DNA of 31,606 bases from Candidatus Muiribacteriota bacterium (GTDB lineage: Bacteria; Muiribacteriota; Muiribacteriia; Muiribacteriales; Muiribacteriaceae), in the NCBI GenBank assembly GCA_051747805.1, contig JBNJGP010000030.1, positions 1-31,606 on the forward strand, in the 5' to 3' direction. The notes under the pieces were generated by a model. That model did not search any database. It saw only the letters and a program-made list of their open reading frames with translations, and was not told the DNA's origin. A program made the position numbers and the translations under genes. The stretch's first letter is position 1, and each line of letters begins with the position of its first letter. Below, piece after piece: positions 9,659 through 17,570 of the stretch.

Positions 9659-10820
9659 TTTTTAACTCTCCCTCATTTAAAATATTAAAAACACCATTTT
9701 TCACATGTTTAATTACAACATCTTTTTGGGATAAATCACCATCTGATGAAAAAACATGTTTTCCAGTGACTCCTTCCCAGGATTCTAAATTTTTAATATA
9801 CTTTGATAATTTTTCAGGATTAAGAAAACCAGAGGTTTCAACAGAATCCATTAACAGATTAACAGCGTCATACCCCTGTGCCGCCCATATATCTGGTTCA
9901 ATCTGATATTTCTGATAATAATCTCTAATAAATTCTTCAACTTTTTTATCATCTTTTTTAGAGTTAAACACCGAAACACTTATTACATCTTCAACCCCAT
10001 TTGATAAAGCATCTAAAAACTCTTTACTGTCAAGGCCGTCCCCACCAAATATCATCTGTTCAAAGCCTCTCTCGCGGGCGTAATTAACAAAATCAGAGGC
10101 AATAGGCATTACCCCAGCCAGAAAAAAAGCATCAAAATCAAGCAGCTCAAAATAATTTAAATCATGTTCAAATTCCTGTTTAGTTCCTGATTCAATAGAA
10201 CGTCTGTCAATAATATTAAGATTAAATTTAGGTGAAAAATCTTCGAAAGCATTTGCCAAACCCCTTCCATAATCATTATTTTCATAGTAAATTATTATAT
10301 TTTTATAATTATTTCTTCCGGCGATTTTAGCAGCATACTCTGCAATTTTAATATCAGACGGCATTGTTCTTAAAAACAGATGATTCCCCATCTGAGTTAA
10401 TTTCGGCATTGTAGAGCCTGGTGAAATCATTAATATTCCAGCTTCCTTATAAATGTTTGAAACTGTTGCTGAAATATAAGAATTACGATGTCCAATTACA
10501 GAAAGAATACTTTTATCACTGCTGAATTCATTGGCAATTCTCAATCCACGAGAAATATCTGCTTCATCGTCTTTATAATCAACTATAACTTTTCTGCCAA
10601 GCACACCATCTGTTGAATTTATTTTTTCCACCGCCAGTTCAACCCCTTTTTTTAAAGGGTCTTCTCCACCCTGAAGTGGCCATCCAACACCAATTTTTAA
10701 AAAATCGTCATTTTCTTTTATCAGGTTTCCCCGATTTATAGCCTCATCATCAGATGAACATCCGGAAAAACATAATAATATCAAAAATAAAATAAATGCA
10801 ATATTAAACTTTTTAATCAT
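9651..10820 (-). CDS. Branched-chain-amino-acid-type (LivJ-like) substrate-binding lipoprotein, with no cognate permease in the window
   Basis: Lipobox FSG-C; KGVELAVEKINSTDGVLGR, VIGHRNS, NNDYGRGLA, AAQGYDAV, WEGVTG. Overlaps the HlyD gene by 8 nt. Confidence 0.85.
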   Translation of the reverse strand: MIKKFNIAFILFLILLCFSGCSSDDEAINRGNLIKENDDFLKIGVGWPLQGGEDPLKKGVELAVEKINSTDGVLGRKVIVDYKDDEADISRGLRIANEFSSDKSILSVIGHRNSYISATVSNIYKEAGILMISPGSTMPKLTQMGNHLFLRTMPSDIKIAEYAAKIAGRNNYKNIIIYYENNDYGRGLANAFEDFSPKFNLNIIDRRSIESGTKQEFEHDLNYFELLDFDAFFLAGVMPIASDFVNYARERGFEQMIFGGDGLDSKEFLDALSNGVEDVISVSVFNSKKDDKKVEEFIRDYYQKYQIEPDIWAAQGYDAVNLLMDSVETSGFLNPEKLSKYIKNLESWEGVTGKHVFSSDGDLSQKDVVIKHVKNGVFNILNEGELKNE

Positions 10821-10822
10821 TT

Positions 10823-12391
10823 TTATCTCCTGTCTAAAACATGACTTTGGTTATAATTCATATAATCTTCTAAATTAATTATCATACTTCCATCTTCTGT
10901 TTTTTTTATCAGTCTGCCCTGTGTATGAAGGAAATTTAAAAATAGTCCAAGAAAAACTGCTTCCTGTTCAATTAAATTTAATTCACTCTGATTAAATGTT
11001 TCCTCAACATCCAGAACTTCTAGTATTGTACTCATATTCATATTAAACTTTTTAATCTCGGCATCTAAAGATACGCGGGCAAATTGATGTGCTTTTTTTG
11101 AGCGCTGTAATGTGTCCCAGCCATTAACCATTTTTTTATAAGATACAGAAACCTCTTTTTTAATTGATTTAATTTTATCTTTCAGCCATATTTCTGCCCT
11201 GTTTTTTTGAGCTAAAGCTTTTGCATGTGTTTGTTTTTTATAACCCCAATTAGATGTAATATCTTTTATGAAACTTAAACTATAAGAAATATCAGTTTGA
11301 TTGTCTGACCAGGATTTTGTTAAACTCTCAGCGTCTTCGTCTTCAGATAAACCTTTTAAATCTGAATCAAGTTCAATATAAAAGTCTTTTTGCAGACCAT
11401 CCTCAGCCAGAACCAAATGTTTATTGGCAGCCTTCAGTCTTAATTTTGCAGCTTTTAAATCTAATCTGTTCTGAATTGCACTTTCCATATAATCCTGCAA
11501 CGATTTATTTTCAAAAAAAGGTTCTTTGATTAATTCAAATTGTAATGCTGCCAGTTTAATATTATTGACATTTTGCTCCAATCCTATTATATATTTAAGA
11601 TTGTGAAGTTTTTCAAATAATAAAGTCTCGAAACTGCCTGTTTCAGATTTTTTCTGAAAAACAGCTGTCTGGATTTTATTAATTTCAGACCCTGGTATTT
11701 GATTTGCACTTATAAGTTTTTTTGTATCCTTTTTTAACGTAAGCATATTTTCTTCAGACGTTTGGGCAATATTATATTTTCTCTGAGAGGCAATTGCCTG
11801 AACATATTCATACATAGTATTTAAAAATATTTCTGAAACATTATATTCATAATTAAAAACTTCAGCCTGATATAAAATATCAGCAATCTCTCTCTGCATT
11901 CCTGGAATTTTTCCCCTCTGCGAGGATAGAGGAATTGATAATTTAAATGATAAAATAGAATTTGAAATTTTTTCTTCTGAAGGAAGAGTATCTCTATATT
12001 TCCGCTGAAAAATCAACTCAGATGATAATTGCATACCATTAAAAAGTTTTTTATCATAACTCATTCCATAACTAAAAGTATCCTCAGTTAACTGACCATC
12101 TTGAAAACCGGGCTGCTGTGCCTCAGTTAAAGGAGAATTATCAACTGATTTCTGGCCATATATCTGCCATACTGGATGAAATTGGGCCTCAGCCCCATAA
12201 ACTTCTGAATAGGCTTCTTTTAAATCCTGTATTCCAGCATTAATCTGAGAATTATTTTTTAATGTATTTGACCACAATTTATCTATATTTAAAATATATG
12301 AATTTTCAGTTTCTTTTGAAATTAAATTATAATTCAAAAAAACCAATAATATCAAACAAAACAGTATTTTTCTAAAAATATATATTCTCAT
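10823..12391 (-). CDS. TolC-family outer membrane channel
   Basis: Signal peptide and two OEP-like halves (AIQNRLDLKAA; AEIKKFNMNMSTILEVLDVEE); located in the type I export operon. Confidence 0.8.
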   Translation of the reverse strand: MRIYIFRKILFCLILLVFLNYNLISKETENSYILNIDKLWSNTLKNNSQINAGIQDLKEAYSEVYGAEAQFHPVWQIYGQKSVDNSPLTEAQQPGFQDGQLTEDTFSYGMSYDKKLFNGMQLSSELIFQRKYRDTLPSEEKISNSILSFKLSIPLSSQRGKIPGMQREIADILYQAEVFNYEYNVSEIFLNTMYEYVQAIASQRKYNIAQTSEENMLTLKKDTKKLISANQIPGSEINKIQTAVFQKKSETGSFETLLFEKLHNLKYIIGLEQNVNNIKLAALQFELIKEPFFENKSLQDYMESAIQNRLDLKAAKLRLKAANKHLVLAEDGLQKDFYIELDSDLKGLSEDEDAESLTKSWSDNQTDISYSLSFIKDITSNWGYKKQTHAKALAQKNRAEIWLKDKIKSIKKEVSVSYKKMVNGWDTLQRSKKAHQFARVSLDAEIKKFNMNMSTILEVLDVEETFNQSELNLIEQEAVFLGLFLNFLHTQGRLIKKTEDGSMIINLEDYMNYNQSHVLDRR

Positions 12392-12396
12392 TTTAA

Positions 12397-13278
12397 TTAA
12401 CTTAATGTATCATTTATTGAAATTATATTCAAATCAAAAAGATTTAAAAATTTTTCAATTATTTTTTTTTCAATAAATTTCCATTGATTTTCAGGAGTAT
12501 AATTGCTGAATCTTGACCTACATAATAATATATGTGAGGGTTTTATCTGATTATTTTTCAAATATTTAAAAAAATCATCAATTCTACTTTGAATCTCTTC
12601 TTTTGAAATTAAGTGACTTTTTTCAACTTCTTTGGCTCCCTCAATAAAATCCAGAAAAAATTTATTATTATCTTCGTACATGTCAAATTTAAACTCATTA
12701 TTTAAAAAATGATATTTATCGTTTTTAATTTTTATATACTCGTCTTTTGAAATTTCAATTATTCTTTTTTTTAATCTTGCCCGGTGAGAGGAAAAAAAAT
12801 CAAGGTCAATATCTAGAAATACCTTATTATGAACTTGAATTTCATCGTTTTTATCAACTTTAATATTGTTAAACACAACACGCCCATCATCAGGAATATC
12901 ATTTTTAAAAATTAATTCAAGTGGTTTGTTTATAAAAATACGGCCTGCCCTTTTATGGGATTTAATATAATTTTTGCGGTAAATATTTCCTTTGTTATAA
13001 GTTCGTTTCATCCAGTAAAAATCTTTGAAAATTCCCAGAAAAATTGCCGGAACAATAAAATTTGAAATCCTCAACTGATTATAAGTAAACTCTGATATAG
13101 TTTTTAAATCGTTTTCCAACATATTATTTACAGATACATCAAGAACCGGGCTGTCCATATCTGAATGATGGTCAATATGAAATAAAGAGTTTCCCTGCCT
13201 ATTTAATAAATTATTTTTAATTAGATAATTCCAGATATAAAATGCTTCATGATGTTCTTCAACTTTAAAAAGTAGCAA
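12397..13278 (-). CDS. UPF0489 (PF12640)-family protein, putative peptide arginase (Arg to Orn)
   Basis: VEEHHEAF, HIDHHSD, LRISNFI, LDIDLDFFS and CRSRFSNYTP motifs match the UPF0489/arginase-fold metal-ligand pattern. TTG start with AGGA upstream. First gene of the export operon. Confidence 0.8.
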   Translation of the reverse strand: MLLFKVEEHHEAFYIWNYLIKNNLLNRQGNSLFHIDHHSDMDSPVLDVSVNNMLENDLKTISEFTYNQLRISNFIVPAIFLGIFKDFYWMKRTYNKGNIYRKNYIKSHKRAGRIFINKPLELIFKNDIPDDGRVVFNNIKVDKNDEIQVHNKVFLDIDLDFFSSHRARLKKRIIEISKDEYIKIKNDKYHFLNNEFKFDMYEDNNKFFLDFIEGAKEVEKSHLISKEEIQSRIDDFFKYLKNNQIKPSHILLCRSRFSNYTPENQWKFIEKKIIEKFLNLFDLNIISINDTLS

Positions 13279-13321
13279 AAAAAAATTCCTGACCTTTATT
13301 TAATAATTAATTTGTTATAAG

Positions 13322-13350
13322 ATATTAGCACAAAATATTTAATATTTCAA
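13322..13350 (-). promoter_or_regulatory. Putative sigma70 promoter of the arginase-TolC-SBP-HlyD-ABC-ABC-GNAT operon
   Basis: TTGAAA (13350-13345), 17-nt spacer ending TGC, TAATAT (13327-13322). The AT-rich background lowers specificity. Confidence 0.45.
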
Positions 13351-13370
13351 TATATGTATAAGGAGTTTAT

Positions 13371-14687
13371 ATGAAATGGTCCCCCTATAATTATTTATTC
13401 AAATCAAATAAATATGGTTATCTTATTTACAATAGTTACAGCAATACATTTGCGCAATTAGATGAAAAAACATATAAAGAAGTTCAAAAAATACAGAAAA
13501 ATCCTGAAAATTATGATTATTCAAACTCGACTTCCCTTTTGTTTCAACTTTGCGGTGCAAAAATGCTTATTTCAAAAGATGAAATTCCTACTCTTAACAT
13601 GGATCTTTCAAATACTGTAAAAAGATTTTCAACAAGAAATCTTTCTTTAACAATAGCACCCACCAGGGATTGTAATTTTGAATGCCCCTACTGTTATGAA
13701 GAAGACCGGCCTCATTTATACATGAGCAAAGAGGTTGAAAATAATTTGGTTAAATTTATTAAAAAATACAGAAATTTTTCAAGTATTAGTATAACCTGGT
13801 ATGGTGGTGAACCACTTTTATGCTGGAATAAAATATTAAAAATTTCAAAAGAAATACAGAAAATGAAGCCTGAATATTATTCAGAAATTATCACCAATGG
13901 ATTTTTGCTCACTCCAAAAATTGCAAGACAGTTTAAAGACGCAGGAATAAAATCAGTACAGATAACAATAGACGGTATGCAAGAAACTCACAACAACCGC
14001 AGAAAACATAAAACTGAAAAAGATACCTTTAATGTAATATTAAAAAATCTTGATTATTTAATGAAAGTATGGAAAGGCAGACTGGTAATTAGAATAAACG
14101 TAGATAAAACAAATCATGAAGAGTATCATCAAGTTTATTCAATGATAAAAGAAAGATTTAAAGAATCTGAAAATGAATTAGTTATATATCCTGGTATTAT
14201 TGTTGATTATTCAAATGATTGCCGGGGTGATAAAACCTGCGGTATGAACCGTCAGCAGATAGCCGATTTTATGCTGGAATGTTATAATAAATTCCAAATT
14301 ATGGATTTAAACTTTTATCCGCTTCAAAACAACAGCACATGTACTGCGGTAATGCTTCATTCTTACCTTATAGGACCCGAAGGGGAATTATATAAATGCT
14401 GGCGGGATTTGGGGAAAAAAGAAATGATTGTTGGTTCTATCGATGGAAATATTCCCACAAATAATAATATTATTTCAAAATATCTTGTTGGGATAAATTC
14501 TTATACAAGTTCAAAATGCAGCGAATGTTTTTTTCTGCCAATTTGTAATGGTGGTTGTCCTAATTTAAGATACAGAAACAAATATGAGAACACAAAATTT
14601 GACACTTGTTTGTTTCATAAAAATAATTTAGATTCATTTCTTGAGGCTCATTATGAAATTAAACAAAACAATGAAAAAGAGGATTGA
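13371..14687 (+). CDS. Radical SAM/SPASM domain peptide maturase
   Basis: CNFECPYC, WYGGEPLL, IITNG, QITIDG; SPASM Cys pattern CTA...LYKCW...CSECFFLPICNGGCP...C; ~70-aa RRE-like N-terminus (YLIYNSYSN); RBS AAGGAG. Confidence 0.93.
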   Translation: MKWSPYNYLFKSNKYGYLIYNSYSNTFAQLDEKTYKEVQKIQKNPENYDYSNSTSLLFQLCGAKMLISKDEIPTLNMDLSNTVKRFSTRNLSLTIAPTRDCNFECPYCYEEDRPHLYMSKEVENNLVKFIKKYRNFSSISITWYGGEPLLCWNKILKISKEIQKMKPEYYSEIITNGFLLTPKIARQFKDAGIKSVQITIDGMQETHNNRRKHKTEKDTFNVILKNLDYLMKVWKGRLVIRINVDKTNHEEYHQVYSMIKERFKESENELVIYPGIIVDYSNDCRGDKTCGMNRQQIADFMLECYNKFQIMDLNFYPLQNNSTCTAVMLHSYLIGPEGELYKCWRDLGKKEMIVGSIDGNIPTNNNIISKYLVGINSYTSSKCSECFFLPICNGGCPNLRYRNKYENTKFDTCLFHKNNLDSFLEAHYEIKQNNEKED

Positions 14688-14708
14688 ATTAAATCAATCC
14701 TCTTTTTC
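14673..14708. terminator. Bidirectional intrinsic terminator between the convergent rSAM and precursor genes
   Basis: GAAAAAGAGGATTGA-attaaa-TCAATCCTCTTTTTC, a perfect 15-bp inverted repeat with A/T tracts on both sides. Overlaps the rSAM TGA stop. Confidence 0.85.
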
Positions 14709-14731
14709 TTATTTTATTACTTAAAAACTAT

Positions 14732-15040
14732 TTAACTTGAATATTTAGCTCCGCCAGCACAGTTACATTGACCTCTGCATCTACCGCCTGCAACATCATC
14801 AAGCTGCTCATCTGAAAGTTCTTCACCTACAAAATCAGGAAGAACAAAAGTTTGATCTACTCCAGCCTCATTTTCAATTATTTTAATTTTAAAATCTTCT
14901 GGAATATCTTTTCCAGTTAACTCTTTAACCGCTTCTTTTGGATTATTTAAGGCTTTATTTCTAAAACCTTTGTCTGTTGCAGCCTTACTTTGAACTTTGT
15001 TAATTGTTTCTTGAATTTCTTCTGGTGTCCATTCACTCAT
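14732..15040 (-). CDS. NHLP leader peptide family RiPP precursor (86-aa leader, 16-aa core RCRGQCNCAGGAKYSS)
   Basis: KAATDKGFRNKALNNPKEAV...IPEDFKIKIIEN...FVLP...ELSDEQLDDVAGG is a typical NHLP leader with a double-glycine site. RBS AGGAGG. Confidence 0.95.
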   Translation of the reverse strand: MSEWTPEEIQETINKVQSKAATDKGFRNKALNNPKEAVKELTGKDIPEDFKIKIIENEAGVDQTFVLPDFVGEELSDEQLDDVAGGRCRGQCNCAGGAKYSS

Positions 15041-15071
15041 AAAATATCCTCCTGTATCAAATATTGATTTA

Positions 15072-15100
15072 ATATTACCTTCTTTTAAAAAAAATTACAA
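15072..15100 (-). promoter_or_regulatory. Possible dedicated promoter for the precursor gene
   Basis: TTGTAA (15100-15095), 17-nt spacer containing a T8 run, TAATAT (15077-15072). Confidence 0.35.
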
Positions 15101-15101
15101 C

Positions 15102-17264
15102 TTATTTATTTTTAGGAGAAATTAATATTGTTATAGTTGAATTACTTAAAATATTCAGCATGGTTCTTATTGGATCAGTTATTGAATTTACTGCAAGAAG
15201 CAAAGTAAAAGCAACTTCCATAGGAAGACCAAGAAGTGGAAAAAAAATAGAAAGCATTGAAATTTCAATTGCTCCTGGAGCACCAGAAGCTGCCAGACCA
15301 GAAACAATTACACCAGCAACCACAATCAACCAGTTAAAATTAGAAATAAGTGAAATCTCAAAAAGCTGGGCAATAAAAACAGTTCCCAGAGCAAGATTTA
15401 CAATTGTACCCGGTTTACAAACAGTAGTTCCCAGTGGCATAATTAAATTCGTTGCCTGTCTGTCTACCTGAAACTTGTTTTCAATACTCTCAATAGCAAG
15501 AGGCATGGCAGCGTAACTGTTTGAAGTACCAAAAGCAACGAGCAGTGCATTTTTTAACTTTTTTATAATCAAAGAAACTTTTTCTCTTAAAAAACCCGAT
15601 AAAACCATCAGTAGAATAAAAATTCCAAGTAAACATATAATATGGTAAATTATAACAAATCTGCTCATTGCAATCATAATATGGGGACCCATACCAAAGG
15701 TCTGCTTTGCCATAAGCGAAAAAAGTGCAAGCGGCAAAAAATATAAAGACCAGTTAATAATTTTTAAAAATGAATTAAATAAAGCATCAAGAACAGCAAA
15801 TATTTCATCAGAAGATTCAATATTAACTAATCCAAGTGCCAGTCCTAATAAAATTGAAAAAAACAGTACACCTAAAATATCACCTTGACTTAAAGCAGAA
15901 AAAATATTGGCAGGAATTATTCTTTTTACAAGTTCTCTAAGACTAGTAGATTCATTTGTAGTGGAATCGGAAGCTGTTTTTATTTCATTACCCAGAGTAA
16001 TTTTTGCCTCTTCAGAAAGAGCTGAACCAGGATTTCCAATTAAACCGCCAATAAATCCTGAAAGAGATGAAATAATAAGAAAAAGAGCTATCATAAAAAT
16101 TAATTTTTTAATATATGAAGAAGCCTCTTTATTACAAAAAATTTTCCCCAGACTTGTAATAATTGCCGTAATCATAATCGGAAGCGAACACATCTGGAGA
16201 TAGGTTAAATATAAATCACCAATTCCAAATATAACTGGCGAACTTTTTTCAATTATTAAACCATAAAAAATACCAAGAATCATTCCAGCAATAGCAACAT
16301 ATGGATTTAATAAAAATGGCAGTATTTTTTCTTTAAAATTATCTTTTTTTGACGCAAATTTTAATATAAAAATTAGAAAAATTATCCCAAAAGCAAAAAA
16401 TATTTTAAAATTATTCTCTAAAACCTTAAATAAATTCAAGCCACCACGATCTTCATCAGAAATTTCATTCATTGCAAAGAAATCATCAAAATAATAATCC
16501 AGAGGTTTTATACTTCTGTTATTTAAAAAATGTTCAAGCCAGTAATTTAAGAATTTATTCTCAGGAGAAACAGCAATAGCAATAGGGTCATTTTTTTCAT
16601 CAATTAATACTTTTTTCAGATTTATACTTATAGAAGGATTTTGCCTTAAGGTTCTTTCAATAGCAACTTCATCATAAAAACCCGCCTCAATATTTTCATT
16701 TAAAATATTATCTATAACCTTGTCCCAGGAATCCATGGGAATAATATCAGCATCAGGAAATAATTCTCTTGCAAAAAACTCATAAGAAGAATCTGCAAGC
16801 ACACCAATTTCTACATCTTTAACATTAAAATTAACTTTTTTAACATTACTTTCAAAAGAATCTGAAAATCTGTGGTTTATAAATAAACCCATTTTAAGTT
16901 TAATATAAGGCTGCGTATATAGGACTTTTTTGGCACGGTCAAGTGTTATACTTAAATTAGAAACCGCTAAATCAGTATTACCATTTGAAACATTTAAAAT
17001 CACTTCATCAAATGAATCTGAAACAACTAATTTATAATCCACCCCGAGAGAAGAGGCAATCTCTTTTAAAAGTTCAATATCAATACCAGTATATTCATTA
17101 TTTTCATCTTTATAAAAAAATGGTGGTGTTTCACTTTCACAAATTCCAGCTTTAATATAACCACGATTTACAATGGAATCTATACCAGGCAGATTTTCAA
17201 AATCAACTGCCCAAGCAAAAACAGTAAAAAAGATAAAAATTACAATTAAATTTATTTTATTCAT
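15102..17264 (-). CDS. Fusion of an N-terminal polar-amino-acid-type substrate-binding domain (SBP family 3) with a dicarboxylate/amino acid:cation symporter (DAACS)
   Basis: Signal peptide; PPFFY...GIDIEL...DLAVSNLSITLDRAKKVLYTQPY; then IIPANIFSALSQGDILGVLFFSILLG, AFGTSNSYAAMP, PLGTTV, DPIRTMLN. Confidence 0.88.
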   Translation of the reverse strand: MNKINLIVIFIFFTVFAWAVDFENLPGIDSIVNRGYIKAGICESETPPFFYKDENNEYTGIDIELLKEIASSLGVDYKLVVSDSFDEVILNVSNGNTDLAVSNLSITLDRAKKVLYTQPYIKLKMGLFINHRFSDSFESNVKKVNFNVKDVEIGVLADSSYEFFARELFPDADIIPMDSWDKVIDNILNENIEAGFYDEVAIERTLRQNPSISINLKKVLIDEKNDPIAIAVSPENKFLNYWLEHFLNNRSIKPLDYYFDDFFAMNEISDEDRGGLNLFKVLENNFKIFFAFGIIFLIFILKFASKKDNFKEKILPFLLNPYVAIAGMILGIFYGLIIEKSSPVIFGIGDLYLTYLQMCSLPIMITAIITSLGKIFCNKEASSYIKKLIFMIALFLIISSLSGFIGGLIGNPGSALSEEAKITLGNEIKTASDSTTNESTSLRELVKRIIPANIFSALSQGDILGVLFFSILLGLALGLVNIESSDEIFAVLDALFNSFLKIINWSLYFLPLALFSLMAKQTFGMGPHIMIAMSRFVIIYHIICLLGIFILLMVLSGFLREKVSLIIKKLKNALLVAFGTSNSYAAMPLAIESIENKFQVDRQATNLIMPLGTTVCKPGTIVNLALGTVFIAQLFEISLISNFNWLIVVAGVIVSGLAASGAPGAIEISMLSIFFPLLGLPMEVAFTLLLAVNSITDPIRTMLNILSNSTITILISPKNK

Positions 17265-17307
17265 ACAATTAAAATATCATAAAAATTTATTAAGGTAAAA
17301 AAACATT

Positions 17308-17562
17308 GGGGTCGGAGCGTCGATTTTTCATAAATATATACTTATATATTTCGTTTAAATCCGAAATAAACTGTTAAATATACTTTTCTAAAAAAAGTTT
17401 ATTATTATATTTTCTTTAAATTTATATCAAAAATGGGGTTTTTTTAATAAAAATTATTAATTTTTTATTTCTCTATTTTTTTCAATTTTAATTTTTAATG
17501 TTATATTCTATAAAAAATGCTTTTATAACAAATACTAAATTGAAAATCGACGCTCCGACCCC
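17308..17562. mobile_element. 255-bp non-coding element bounded by perfect 20-bp inverted repeats (MITE/REP-like)
   Basis: GGGGTCGGAGCGTCGATTTT at 17308-17327 and its reverse complement at 17543-17562, around an extremely AT-rich interior. Flanks ACATT / AAATT. Confidence 0.7.
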
Positions 17563-17570
17563 AAATTATT

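Noticed and set aside
13371..14687. Spliceotide, epimerase or anaerobic sulfatase-maturase assignment for the rSAM
   Set aside because: The core has no Tyr-Gly splice motif and is not a hydrophobic epimerase-type core, and there is no sulfatase in the window. The exact reaction cannot be assigned from sequence.
14680..14701. GGATTGA/TCAATCC arms shared between the rSAM terminator and the conserved leader stem
   Set aside because: Only a 7-9 nt match with very different spacing; the terminator role is sufficient explanation.
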